From Planctomycetota bacterium (lineage in GTDB: Bacteria > Planctomycetota > SZUA-567 > H5-PLA8), in contig BTVV01000043.1 in NCBI GenBank assembly GCA_045863855.1, positions 1 to 46,879 of the forward strand: DNA of 46,879 nucleotides, written 5' to 3'. A program made the position numbers and the translations under genes. Of the stretch, positions 19,062 through 31,104 are shown in pieces. The notes beneath the pieces are model-generated. The model saw only the letters and a program-made list of their open reading frames with translations, was not told the DNA's origin and searched no databases. Position 1 is the first letter of the stretch, and each line of letters starts with the position of its first letter.

Positions 19062-19832
19062 ATGGCGCTCGACCCTGCATCCCCCGTCCCGCTGTACCAC
19101 CAGCTCGAGGCGCTGCTGCGCAAACAGCTCGAAGCGCGCGGCTGGCCGGTCGGCGAAAAGCTGCCCAGCGAGCATGAACTCTGCCGCGAGCATCGCGTCA
19201 CGCGCCCGACGGTGCGCCAGGCGCTGGACGGTCTGGTGCGCGAGGGGCGCTTGGTCAAGCGCCGGGGTTTGGGGACGTTCGTCGCCGCGCCGCCGCCGCC
19301 GGTGGGCCTGTTCTCGCTCGCCGGTACCAGCGAAGTCTTCGCGGCCAAGCGCCTGAAGCTGACAACACGGGTCGTCGATCAGCGGGTGGTGACGGAAGCG
19401 CCGTTGCAGGAAGGCGAGGCGGCGCGCGCCTGGGTGCGGCTGGTGCGGCTGAGGTCGGTTAACGACGTGCCGGCGCTGCTGGAGCGCACGTGGGTGCTGG
19501 CGGCGGCCGCGCCGGGCTTGGAGTCTGCCAACCTGAATAACCGTTCGCTGTACCAGACGCTGGAGCAGCGCTTCGGGCAGCGCATCGAGGCCGGGATTCA
19601 ACGCTTCAGCGCGGTGGCGGCGGGGCGCGAAGTGGCGGAGTGGCTCAAGCGCCGGCGCGGAACTCCGGTTTTACGCATCGTTCGGCTGCTGGATTTAACG
19701 AGCCATCCGGGCGGGCTGCGCGTGGAATTGTTCGCCGGTGAAGGTCCGTTCGTGCTCGAGGAACACGTGCCGGCGCGTGGCGGGGTGCAGGAGTTCGTGC
19801 CGCAGCGGTCGAATATGGGGGTGAATTCGTGA
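19062..19832 (+). CDS. GntR family (HutC subfamily, UTRA domain) transcriptional regulator
   Basis: PLYHQL, KLPSEHELC, VTRPTVRQAL, RGLGTFV; UTRA-like SLYQTLEQRFG. Confidence 0.93.
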   Translation: MALDPASPVPLYHQLEALLRKQLEARGWPVGEKLPSEHELCREHRVTRPTVRQALDGLVREGRLVKRRGLGTFVAAPPPPVGLFSLAGTSEVFAAKRLKLTTRVVDQRVVTEAPLQEGEAARAWVRLVRLRSVNDVPALLERTWVLAAAAPGLESANLNNRSLYQTLEQRFGQRIEAGIQRFSAVAAGREVAEWLKRRRGTPVLRIVRLLDLTSHPGGLRVELFAGEGPFVLEEHVPARGGVQEFVPQRSNMGVNS

Positions 19833-20662
19833 GCGTGCGTTACAGGCTGAACCGGCTCTTCGGGGTTTCGGGCCATTGCTTCGACGTGGCGATCGATCAC
19901 GGTTTTTTCAACGAGCATCGTTTCCTGCAGGGGATTGAGGATCTGCCGGCGGCGGTGGAGACGATCGTTGCCGCCGGGCCGGACGCGATCCAGCTCACCG
20001 TCGGTCAGGCCGAGTTGCTTCAGCGCGTACCGGGCAAACACAAGCCGGCGCTGGTGCTGCGCACCGACGTGGCGAACTGCTACGGCAGCGAACTGCCCAG
20101 CCATCTGTTCAGCAAGCTGATCGACGCGCCGGTCGAGCAGGCCGTGCGGCTCGACGCGGCCTGCGTGGTGGTGAATCTGCTACTGCTGCCGGGGCAGCCC
20201 GAACTGCACGCGCAGTGCATCGAGAACATCTGCGCGCTGAAGCCCGCGTGCGAGCGCTACGGGATGCCGCTGATGGTCGAGCCGCTGGTGATGCAGGCGA
20301 ACTCGAAGGCCGGCGGCTACATGGTCGACGGGGATCTGTCGAAGATCGTGGCGTTGGTGCGGCAAGCGCGGGAACTGGGCGCGGATTTGATCAAGGCCGA
20401 TCCGTGCGACGACGCGCGGCAGTACCACGAAGTGATTCGCGCCGCCGGCGGTCCGGTGCTCGTGCGCGGCGGCGGGAAGGCCGACGAGCGCAAGATTTTC
20501 GCGCGCACCGTGGAACTGATGAAGCAGGGCGCCAAAGGCATCGTGTACGGCCGGAACGTGATTCAGCATCCCAAGCCCGGCGCGATCACGCGCGCGTTCA
20601 TGGCGATCGTGCATGAAGGGGCGGGGGTGGAAGAGGCCATGCGGGTGTTGGGCGGGAAATAA
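19829..20662 (+). CDS. Class I aldolase, DhnA/LsrF family
   Basis: VAIDHG, PLMVEPL, ARELGADLIK (Schiff-base Lys), VRGGGK, YGRNVIQH; GTGA overlap with the regulator gene. Confidence 0.9.
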   Translation: MSVRYRLNRLFGVSGHCFDVAIDHGFFNEHRFLQGIEDLPAAVETIVAAGPDAIQLTVGQAELLQRVPGKHKPALVLRTDVANCYGSELPSHLFSKLIDAPVEQAVRLDAACVVVNLLLLPGQPELHAQCIENICALKPACERYGMPLMVEPLVMQANSKAGGYMVDGDLSKIVALVRQARELGADLIKADPCDDARQYHEVIRAAGGPVLVRGGGKADERKIFARTVELMKQGAKGIVYGRNVIQHPKPGAITRAFMAIVHEGAGVEEAMRVLGGK

Positions 20663-20727
20663 AAACCAAAACAGGAAGCGTAAGCGGTTCTGTTAAGCGG
20701 ACCGCTCAGGCGGAAGACGGGAAACTC

Positions 20728-21870
20728 ATGCGCACTATTCGATTCGGCATCATCGGTTGCGGCCTCATGGGCCGGGAGTTCGCCAGCGCGGTGGGGCGCT
20801 GGGGGCATTTGCTCGACTTGGACGTGAAGCCCGAGTTGGTGGCGATCTGCGATACGAACCCGGCGCTATTCGATTGGTACCGCGCGCACGTGCCGACGCT
20901 GAAGCTGGCGACGCAGGATCACCGGGAGATGCTCGCCTCGAAGGACGTCGACGCGGTGTACTGCGCGGTGCCGCACAACCTGCACGCGAGTCTTTATAAG
21001 GATATCGTCGCGGCGGGAAAACATCTGCTGGGCGAGAAGCCCTTCGGGATCGACGCGGCGGCGAACGCGGAGATTCTGGCGGCGCTGCGCGCGAACCCCG
21101 GCGTCTTCGTGCGTTGCAGTTCGGAATTTCCGTTCTTCCCCTGCGCGCAACGGATCGTGAAGGCCGCGCTGGCCGGGCGCTTCGGGACGATCCTCGAGGT
21201 GAGCGCCGGACTGCACCACAGTTCGGACATGGACCCGCAGAAGCCGATCAACTGGAAGCGCATGGTGAAATTCAACGGCGCGTACGGCTGCATGGGCGAT
21301 CTGGGCATGCACGCGCTGCATATCCCGCTTCGGCTGGGCTGGAAGCCGAAGGACGTGCGCGCGGTGCTCTCCAAGATCGTTAAGGAGCGCCCCGATGGGA
21401 AGGGTGGCATGGCGCCGTGCGAGACGTGGGACAACGCCACGCTTCTGTGCACGGCCGCCGATCCGAAGACCGGCGCCGATTTTCCGCTGACGATCAGCAC
21501 CAAACGCATTTCTCCGGGCGATACGAACACGTGGTTCTTGAGCGTTAAAGGGACGCGCTGCAGCATGGAGTTCAACAGCCGCTATCCGAAGACGCTGCGT
21601 ACGCTCGATTATACGCCCGGCGGCGAGCAGGCCTGGCGCGAGGAGGATCTGGGCTACCAGACGGCGTTCAAGTCGATCACGGGGCATATCTTCGAATTCG
21701 GTTTCAGCGATGCGATCCTGCAGATGTGGGCGGCGTACTGCGTGGAACTGGCGCACGGTTCGGGAGCTGTGCCGTTCGGTTGCGTGAAGCCGGATGAGAC
21801 GGTGTGGCAGCACGAGCTGTTCACGGCGGCGCTGGCGTCGCACGCCGAAGGAAAAGTGGTCCGGCTTTAA
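20728..21870 (+). CDS. Gfo/Idh/MocA family oxidoreductase
   Basis: GIIGCGLMG, VYCAVPHNLH, GKHLLGEKP, GCMGDLGMH. Confidence 0.92.
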   Translation: MRTIRFGIIGCGLMGREFASAVGRWGHLLDLDVKPELVAICDTNPALFDWYRAHVPTLKLATQDHREMLASKDVDAVYCAVPHNLHASLYKDIVAAGKHLLGEKPFGIDAAANAEILAALRANPGVFVRCSSEFPFFPCAQRIVKAALAGRFGTILEVSAGLHHSSDMDPQKPINWKRMVKFNGAYGCMGDLGMHALHIPLRLGWKPKDVRAVLSKIVKERPDGKGGMAPCETWDNATLLCTAADPKTGADFPLTISTKRISPGDTNTWFLSVKGTRCSMEFNSRYPKTLRTLDYTPGGEQAWREEDLGYQTAFKSITGHIFEFGFSDAILQMWAAYCVELAHGSGAVPFGCVKPDETVWQHELFTAALASHAEGKVVRL

Positions 21871-21912
21871 TCGGGTGAGCGATCGGATTCAGGTTAAGGG
21901 AGCGAGGGAGCG

Positions 21913-22965
21913 ATGAAGCAGATCAAGTGCGGTAAGGGCGTGTTCCGGTTCTCGGTAGGCCCGTGGAACATGCATCCGGGCGCGGACCCGTTCGGTCCGC
22001 CGGTGCGAACCGAGTTGGGTTTTTTGGAGAAGATCCGCCTCTTCAAGAAGCTGGGTTTCGGCGCGATTCAGTTCCACGACGACGACGTCTGCCCCGCGGG
22101 TCTGAGCCCCGCGGCGACGCGCAAGGCGACGCGGGAGATGAAGAAGCTCCTGCGCGACCACGGTCTGGAGCCCGAGTTCGTGGCGCCGCGGCTGTGGGAA
22201 GATCCGCGTACCATCGACGGAGGCTGGACGAGCAACGATGCCAAGTGCCGGCGCTACGCGCTGGAACGGTCGCTGCGCAGCATCGATATCGCCAACGAGC
22301 TGGGCACCAAGCGGATCGTGCTCTGGCCGGCGCGCGAAGGAACGTACATCCGCGAAGCGAAGGATCCGCTCCTGAGCTGCAAGCGCTACCTGGAGTATCT
22401 CAACGCGCTGCTCGCGTACGACAAGGGCATCCGGATCCTGGGCGAGATGAAGCCTAACGAACCGACCGATGCGGCTTACCTGCCGACGCCCGGGCACTTC
22501 TTGGGCATGGGCGCCCAGACGTCCGATCCGAAACGCGTGGGCGTGCTGATCGAGTCGGCGCACTCGCTGCTGCTGGGCATCGACGCGAGCGACGATATGG
22601 CGTACTCGATGGCCGCCGGGAAGCTGTGGGGTGTGCACCTCAACGATCAGGACGGCTTGAAGTTCGACGAAGATAAATCGTTTGGCGCGGTGAACATTCG
22701 GCGCGCGTTCAACCAGGTCTGGGTGCTGGCGCGAGGTGGCTTCGGCCGGAAGGGCGAATGGGTGGGCCTGGACGTGAAGGCGATGCGCACGCAGAAGCAG
22801 GAGACCGCGTACAAGCACCTCGCGAACAGCTTGGCTTTCTTCGGCTACCTGGCCGAGATCGTGGACCGGGTGAACGAGAAGACCGTGCAGAAGCTGCGGG
22901 ACGAGCGCGATTACGAGGAACTGGAAGCGTATATCGTTCGTTTGCTTCTGGGCCGGAAAGCGTAA
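21913..22965 (+). CDS. Xylose isomerase-like (class I type) metal-dependent sugar isomerase
   Basis: DPFG, FHDDD, DGGWTSND, WPAREG, EMKPNEP, ESAH, KFDED, LDVK; metal ligands conserved. Confidence 0.85.
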   Translation: MKQIKCGKGVFRFSVGPWNMHPGADPFGPPVRTELGFLEKIRLFKKLGFGAIQFHDDDVCPAGLSPAATRKATREMKKLLRDHGLEPEFVAPRLWEDPRTIDGGWTSNDAKCRRYALERSLRSIDIANELGTKRIVLWPAREGTYIREAKDPLLSCKRYLEYLNALLAYDKGIRILGEMKPNEPTDAAYLPTPGHFLGMGAQTSDPKRVGVLIESAHSLLLGIDASDDMAYSMAAGKLWGVHLNDQDGLKFDEDKSFGAVNIRRAFNQVWVLARGGFGRKGEWVGLDVKAMRTQKQETAYKHLANSLAFFGYLAEIVDRVNEKTVQKLRDERDYEELEAYIVRLLLGRKA

Positions 22966-22992
22966 GGATCCGCGTGCCGTCGAATCGAATGG

Positions 22993-23035
22993 ATACGGGG
23001 CGGAGCGCACGTGACGCTTCGCCCCGTATAGTTTT
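22993..23035 (+). terminator. Rho-independent terminator of the sugar operon
   Basis: Stem ATACGGGGCGGAGCG / CGCTTCGCCCCGTAT followed by AGTTTT. Confidence 0.7.
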
Positions 23036-23426
23036 CGGAAATCCCAAACCGATTTTTGGGCTCGAATCGGGCTCGACTCCCACAACGTGCACATCAGTCA
23101 TGAGTTACATCATCTAGGGGTTGCACGCAAGGTGCATGCCTTCTTATTGACTTGGCCTCAAAAAATGAGATATTGCATGTGCAGGCAAAGGGTTGGAACA
23201 ATTGAGACCAAGCTCTTTGGCATCCTGAACCGCATATCTCTTCGGTCGGTTCCCTCCTTCAAGGCATAACTAGCGCTCGGGCGTATCGAGTGGCGGCGCG
23301 AACGTGCGAGCCACCCCAACCCCCTTCTTATTTAGCGAATGGCCTCGCGCTCGCAGCGTCTAGGAGGTGGTTCCGGCCGAGCTGGGCGGTTCGGAGCAGG
23401 TTCATCCATCTGAAGGGGACGCATTC

Positions 23427-25484
<2,058 letters not shown>

Positions 25485-25548
25485 GGACGGCGCTTGCGCA
25501 GCGGGGGCGGGCGGCGCGGAGCCGCTCGGCAGGCCGAAAGGGCAGACC

Positions 25549-26187
25549 ATGGCCGACGGTCCCAGGAAGCAGACGCAAGAGCCCGGCTTCTTCGCGAAGC
25601 TCTGGGCCATCACCCAACGCGGCGGTTCGGCGGGCTGGCTGCTGACGACCGCGCTGCAGGCGCTTTTGACGTGGGCTTTCATCGGCATCGCGAAGCTCAG
25701 CGAGGGGCTGCCCTGGGAACACCAGGCGCGGCAACTGGTGCTGATCGCGATCGTGGCGACGTGGTGCATGGCGTTGCGCACGATCCGGCAGCGTTTGATC
25801 GAACTGCTGCGCACGTGGCATATCGCGAGCCAGGGGTTGGTGGCGAAGGCACAGCAGACCGCCAGCGAAAGCGGGATCGCGAAGATTCCGGAACTGTTGC
25901 AGCGTTCGCTGCAGGGCGTCTACGTACGGCAGTCGATCCTGCGGCTACGCATCATCGCGGCGGGGCTGACGATGCCGTTCTTCATCCTGCCGATTTTCGC
26001 GGCGGGGCTGGCCGTCTCGCTGTGCATGCAGAAGGGCGCCGCGGACAGCGAGTGGCTGGGGTTGGCGGCGATCTGCGCGCTGATTTCGGCGGTGGTGGGC
26101 GTGTACTTCCACTGGTCGATCCTGCCGGCGCCCGCGCCGGTTCGGATTTCGGCACGCAAAGCCGTGTTGATACGGCCGCGGCGGTAA
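25549..26187 (+). CDS. Hypothetical membrane protein (about 4 TM) within the prkA operon
   Basis: 212-aa ORF filling the prkA-yeaH gap; four hydrophobic segments. Confidence 0.75.
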   Translation: MADGPRKQTQEPGFFAKLWAITQRGGSAGWLLTTALQALLTWAFIGIAKLSEGLPWEHQARQLVLIAIVATWCMALRTIRQRLIELLRTWHIASQGLVAKAQQTASESGIAKIPELLQRSLQGVYVRQSILRLRIIAAGLTMPFFILPIFAAGLAVSLCMQKGAADSEWLGLAAICALISAVVGVYFHWSILPAPAPVRISARKAVLIRPRR

Positions 26188-26247
26188 GGGCGCCAGGAGC
26201 GCATTGGACTTAAGGAGGGAGCCTGAGGCTTCCTGGAATCGACCGAG

Positions 26248-27378
26248 ATGAGCGATCAGGACCAGATTCTCAAGCAGGGCGTGAGCAAGATCGAGCGCGA
26301 TCATTCGCGCTTCCGCCAGATCGTGCGCGGCCGGATCAAGAAGGATCTGCGCAAGTACATCACCAACAGCGAAATGATGGGCAAGAAGGGCAAGGAACTG
26401 GTCAGCATTCCGGTGCCGCAGATCGAGTTGCCGCGTTTTCGCTTCGGCCGGAACATGGGCGGCGTCGGGTCGGGCGAAGGCGAAGTGGGCGATCCGGTGG
26501 GCGGGCAGCCGCAGGAAGGCGAAGGCCAGGGCGAGGCGGGCGATCAGCCCGGCGAGCACGCGCTGGAAGTCGAACTGACGCTGGACGAACTGGCGAAGAT
26601 CCTGGGCGAAGAGCTGGAACTGCCCAACATCGCGCCGAAGGGCCAGAAGACGATCGTCACCCAGAAGGAACGCTACAAGACGATCAGCCGGCAGGGCCCC
26701 GAGAGCCTGCGGCACTTCAAGCGCACCTACGTCCGCGCGCTGCGGCGCCAGATTTCGATGGGGCTGTACAACCCGGACGACCCGCGCATCATCCCCGTGA
26801 AGGAAGACAAGCGCTTCAAGAGCTGGCAGATCACGCACGTTCCCGAGTCCAATGCGGTGATCTTTTACATGATGGACGTCTCGGGCAGCATGGGCGACGA
26901 ACAGAAGGAACTGGTCCGCACGACGGCCTTCTGGATCGATACGTGGCTGCGCAGCCAGTACAAGCGGCTGGAGAGCCGCTACATCACGCACGACGCCGCG
27001 GCGCGCGAGGTGGACCAGGAGACGTTTTACCGCACGCGCGAATCGGGCGGCACGGCGATCAGCAGCGCGTACCGTCTGTGCACCGACATCATCGACGACC
27101 AATTCCCCGCGGGGAACTGGAACATCTACGCATTCCACTTCAGCGACGGCGACAACCTGCTGAGCGACAACGAACAGTGCTTCAAAATTCTCAGCGACGA
27201 GATGCTGCCGAAGTTGAACCTGTTCTGCTACGGGCAAGTGCGCAGCTTGTACGGATCGGGGGAGTTCAAGCGCAAGCTCGACGACGCGCTGCAGATGGAG
27301 AATCTGGTGACGGCGGACATCAAGAGCAAGGACGAGATTTACGACGCGATCAAGATCTTCCTGGGGAAGGGCAAATAA
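26248..27378 (+). CDS. YeaH/YhbH (DUF444) family vWA-domain protein
   Basis: [22 protein letters not shown] (MIDAS), [17 protein letters not shown]; between prkA and spoVR. Confidence 0.93.
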   Translation: MSDQDQILKQGVSKIERDHSRFRQIVRGRIKKDLRKYITNSEMMGKKGKELVSIPVPQIELPRFRFGRNMGGVGSGEGEVGDPVGGQPQEGEGQGEAGDQPGEHALEVELTLDELAKILGEELELPNIAPKGQKTIVTQKERYKTISRQGPESLRHFKRTYVRALRRQISMGLYNPDDPRIIPVKEDKRFKSWQITHVPESNAVIFYMMDVSGSMGDEQKELVRTTAFWIDTWLRSQYKRLESRYITHDAAAREVDQETFYRTRESGGTAISSAYRLCTDIIDDQFPAGNWNIYAFHFSDGDNLLSDNEQCFKILSDEMLPKLNLFCYGQVRSLYGSGEFKRKLDDALQMENLVTADIKSKDEIYDAIKIFLGKGK

Positions 27379-27381
27379 GAA

Positions 27382-27696
27382 ATGCCGCTGTGGAGATTGA
27401 TTGAGGTCGCCAAGTTTGCGTTCGACATGTCCCAAGATGAAGAAATTGGGAAATTGTCGGGCTGGCAAACCTTTGGATACGTTTGTGTGGCAGGAGTACT
27501 TCCGGCGGTAATTCTTATCGGTGCATTTTGGATTGTGAAACGATCCCTAATTCCTTCTTGGGTTTTTACGGTCGTGGCTGTGGCATTGGGCGTATTACTT
27601 TTTGTATTGTTCCGCATAAAGGAAGGTCGCGATAAGCGTAGGAAGCTGCCTGAGATGAATACCAATTGTCAGACAGAAAAGAATAGGAGCCGGTAG
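27382..27696 (+). CDS. Small 2-TM membrane protein with atypically low GC
   Basis: ORF fills the yeaH-spoVR gap; two hydrophobic helices and a basic tail; many A/T-ending codons; an alternative ATG exists at MSQDEE. Confidence 0.6.
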   Translation: MPLWRLIEVAKFAFDMSQDEEIGKLSGWQTFGYVCVAGVLPAVILIGAFWIVKRSLIPSWVFTVVAVALGVLLFVLFRIKEGRDKRRKLPEMNTNCQTEKNRSR

Positions 27697-27700
27697 CCCC

Positions 27701-29206
27701 ATGAACCTAACCGGCGAACTTGATGACCTGAAGGAAGAGATCAAGTCCCACGCGATGGACTGCGGGCTCGATTTCTTCGATGTCGTCTTCGAGCTGTGCA
27801 CGTACGACCAGATCAACCAGATCGCTTCGTTGGGCGGCTTTCCCACGCGCTATCCGCATTGGCGCTTCGGGATGGACTACGAAAAGATCAGCAAGTCGTA
27901 CACGTGGGGCCTCAGCAAGATCTACGAGATGGTGATCAACAACGATCCTTGTTACGCCTACCTGATGATCTCCAATCCGCTCGTGGACCAGAAGCTCGTG
28001 ATGGCGCACGTCTACGCGCACAGCGATTTCTTCAAGAATAACTTTTTCTTCGCGCACACCAGCCGCAAGGCCATCGACGACATGGCCAATCACGGGGCGC
28101 GCGTGCGCGCGCACGCCGAACGGCACGGGCACGAGATCGTCGAAGACTTCCTCGACTGCTGCCTCTCGATCGAGAACCTGATCGATATCCATTCGACGGG
28201 CATCCGGCGGCGCTTCGAAGGGCGGGGCAAGACGCGATTGCTGGAGCAGGCGGAAGAAGAACCGCTGGAAGTGCGGCGCATCAAGTCCAAGGATTACATG
28301 GACCGCTTCATCAACCCGCAGGAGTTCCTGGACCGCAAGCGCCAGGAACTGGAGACCGAGCGGGCCAAGCAGAAGCGTTTTCCGCCCGAGCCCGAGCGCG
28401 ATCTGCTGCTATTCCTGCTGGAGTACGCGCAATTGGAGCCCTGGCAGCGCGACATCTTGGCGATCGTTCGTGAAGAGGCGTATTACTTCGCGCCGCAGTG
28501 GATGACGAAGATCATGAACGAGGGCTGGGCCACGTACTGGCACTCGAAGATGATGACCGAGCGGCTCGCCACGGACCAGGAGATCGTGGACTTCTGCGAT
28601 CACCACAGCGGCGCGGTGGCGCAGGCGCCGGGGCAGATGAATCCGTATAAGGTGGGCGTGGAGCTGTTCCGCGACATCGAAGAACGCTGGAACAAAGGGC
28701 AGCACGGTCCGGAATGGGAGTCGTGCGAGGATTTCGAGCGCCGCCGCACGTGGGACACCGGCGACATGAAGGGGCGCGAGAAGATCTTCGAGGTCCGGCG
28801 CTTCCACAACGACGTCACCTTCATCGATACGTATCTGACGCCGGAGTTCTGCGAACGGCACAAGCTGTACCGCTACAACTACAACAAGAAGACGGGAATG
28901 TACGAAATCGCGAGCCGCGACTTCGACGAGATCAAGGGCCAGTTGCTGGTCAGCCTCACCAACGGCGGGCATCCGTTCATCTACGTGGTGGACGGGAATT
29001 ACGGGAACCGCGGCGAACTGTACCTGAAGCACCGCTTCGACGGGGTCGAACTGCGAATCGACCACGGGCGCGACACGCTGCGCAACGTTTGCGCGATCTG
29101 GGGCCGCCCCGTGCACCTGGAGACGATGGTGGGCGGCAAGGGCCGCTTGTATTCCTTCGACGGCCAGGAACACCGCGACCGCGAAATCGCCGTCGAGAAC
29201 GAGTAA
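27701..29206 (+). CDS. spoVR: SpoVR/YcgB family protein
   Basis: [69 protein letters not shown]. Confidence 0.95.
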   Translation: MNLTGELDDLKEEIKSHAMDCGLDFFDVVFELCTYDQINQIASLGGFPTRYPHWRFGMDYEKISKSYTWGLSKIYEMVINNDPCYAYLMISNPLVDQKLVMAHVYAHSDFFKNNFFFAHTSRKAIDDMANHGARVRAHAERHGHEIVEDFLDCCLSIENLIDIHSTGIRRRFEGRGKTRLLEQAEEEPLEVRRIKSKDYMDRFINPQEFLDRKRQELETERAKQKRFPPEPERDLLLFLLEYAQLEPWQRDILAIVREEAYYFAPQWMTKIMNEGWATYWHSKMMTERLATDQEIVDFCDHHSGAVAQAPGQMNPYKVGVELFRDIEERWNKGQHGPEWESCEDFERRRTWDTGDMKGREKIFEVRRFHNDVTFIDTYLTPEFCERHKLYRYNYNKKTGMYEIASRDFDEIKGQLLVSLTNGGHPFIYVVDGNYGNRGELYLKHRFDGVELRIDHGRDTLRNVCAIWGRPVHLETMVGGKGRLYSFDGQEHRDREIAVENE

Positions 29207-29298
29207 GCCGAATCGATCCGCACTGGCATCCGCACGCCGCGACGCTAGCCTGAATTCCAGCTTTGGTACCGATTAATTCGCTGCAGGAGATCGCGCTC

Positions 29299-29775
29299 AT
29301 GCGTGGGCTGTGTCTTTCGATGGTGGCGCTGGCGATGCTGGCGGGATGCTCGACCGATCGGCCGTACGCGCAGGCCGGACACGACGAGGTCGTGCAGGCG
29401 GTGATCACCGCGCTGGGCGAGGAAGGGCACGTCAAAGCCGATAAGGTGACCAAGACCGAGGACAAGCTGGACGGCGACGAGCGCCGCACGCGGCTGGAAG
29501 GCGCGTACTCGACCTATTCGAAGTTCCGCGTCGATGTGATTTCCAAACCCGGCAAGGATCAAGGGCAGCCGGTGGTCGAGGCGAAGCTGCAGACGCGGGA
29601 GACGCTGTACACGCGGCACCGAGATTTCGAAGACCGCCTGTTGGAGCGCGTGGCGCTGCATTTGAACAAGACGACGTACGGCGAGCAGTCTCGCCCGACG
29701 GCCCTGCCGCCGGAACCGATTCCCGAACCGGGCCGGCTTTCGGCCGACAAAGGCAACACGCCCGCTAAAAAGTGA
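29299..29775 (+). CDS. Putative lipoprotein
   Basis: ATG after AGGAG; signal peptide with lipobox LAGC. Confidence 0.78.
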   Translation: MRGLCLSMVALAMLAGCSTDRPYAQAGHDEVVQAVITALGEEGHVKADKVTKTEDKLDGDERRTRLEGAYSTYSKFRVDVISKPGKDQGQPVVEAKLQTRETLYTRHRDFEDRLLERVALHLNKTTYGEQSRPTALPPEPIPEPGRLSADKGNTPAKK

Positions 29776-29811
29776 TACGTCCGCCCCGGAAATCGAACGG
29801 ACAGCCCGGAC

Positions 29812-31086
29812 ATGCGCACGGAAACCATCGAACTTAGCGGCCATCTGCTCGACAATCTCGTCCTGCCCAAAGTACTCGATCTGATCATTGCGTTCGGCGG
29901 CGACTACCGGATCGAGGAGATCCGCGTCGGATATTCGCCGCGCGATGCCAGCACCGCACGGGTGCGTGTGGAAGCGCCGGATGCGCGCACGCTGAACGAG
30001 ATCCTCGAACAAGTTACGCGCTCGGGCGCGACGATGGCCGGCCGGCCCGAAGTGCAGGTGCGGCCCGCGCCGAAGGCCGGCGTCTTTCCCGACGACTTTT
30101 ACGCGACGACGAACCTGCGCACCGAGATTTACCACCGCGGGCGCTGGATGCGCGTGGCGAACGCGGAGATGGATTGCGGCATCGTGCTCGACCGCGTGCG
30201 CGGCACGGCGCGCTGCCTGCGTATGCACCGAATCCGCAAAGGCGACCTGGTCGCCGTGGGGCATGCCGGGATTCGCGTCGAGCCCATCGACCGCCAGGCC
30301 GACCGCCAAGCGTTCGAATTCATGGGCAGCGCGGTATCGAGCGAGAAGCCGAAGCTGCTCCTGATCCGCCGCATCGCCGAGAAGATCAGCGAGACGCAGC
30401 GCGCGGGGCGCAAGGTGCTGCTGGTGGGCGGGCCGGCGATCGTGCACACCGGCGCGGGCCCGCACCTCGAAGCGCTGCTGAACGCCGGATACGTTGACGT
30501 GCTCTTCGCCGGCAACGCGCTGGCCGCGCACGACATCGAAGCGAGCATGTTCGGGACCAGCCTCGGCGTCAGCCTGACGTCGGGCAAACCGGTGGAGCAC
30601 GGCCACGAGCATCACCTGCGCGCGATCAACCGCGTGCGCCGCGCGGGTTCCATCGCCGCGGCGGTGCGCGCGAAGCTGATCAAAGGCGGCGTGATGCACG
30701 CTTGCGTGCGACGCAAGGTTCCGTTCGTGCTGGTGGGGAGCATTCGCGACGACGGTCCGCTGCCGGACGTGATCACCGAGATGCACCAAGCCCAGGACGC
30801 CATGCGCGCGAAGCTGCCGGGCGTGGGGTTGTGCATCATGATCGGCACGATGCTGACGTCCATCGCCGTCGGAAACATGCTGCCCGCCGACGTCTTCACG
30901 GTTTGCGTGGATATCAATCCCGCGGTGGTGACGAAGCTGGCCGACCGCGGGACGTTCCAGGCGCTGGGGCTCGTGACGGATGCAGAGATGTTCTTGCGCC
31001 AGCTCGCGCGGGAACTGGGTCTGAAGGATGTGCCCGCGCCTAAAACGAAACCGGCGCGCTCGAAGCGCGCCGGTTCGCGTTCCTGA
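29812..31086 (+). CDS. TIGR00300 (LOR/SDH-type) protein, putative ornithine cyclodeaminase
   Basis: ELSGHLLD, GVFPDDFYATTN, EMDC, FEFMGSAVSSEKP, GGPAIVHTG, GNALAAHDIE, GSIRDDGPLPDV, CVDINP, KLADRG. Confidence 0.88.
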   Translation: MRTETIELSGHLLDNLVLPKVLDLIIAFGGDYRIEEIRVGYSPRDASTARVRVEAPDARTLNEILEQVTRSGATMAGRPEVQVRPAPKAGVFPDDFYATTNLRTEIYHRGRWMRVANAEMDCGIVLDRVRGTARCLRMHRIRKGDLVAVGHAGIRVEPIDRQADRQAFEFMGSAVSSEKPKLLLIRRIAEKISETQRAGRKVLLVGGPAIVHTGAGPHLEALLNAGYVDVLFAGNALAAHDIEASMFGTSLGVSLTSGKPVEHGHEHHLRAINRVRRAGSIAAAVRAKLIKGGVMHACVRRKVPFVLVGSIRDDGPLPDVITEMHQAQDAMRAKLPGVGLCIMIGTMLTSIAVGNMLPADVFTVCVDINPAVVTKLADRGTFQALGLVTDAEMFLRQLARELGLKDVPAPKTKPARSKRAGSRS

Positions 31087-31104
31087 CCTCTCGTTCGCCT
31101 AACG

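Noticed and set aside
23125..23141. Sigma54-like GG-N10-GC (AGGCATGCACCTTGC) upstream of prkA
   Set aside because: The match is on the minus strand, pointing away from prkA; the + strand version lacks the invariant GG
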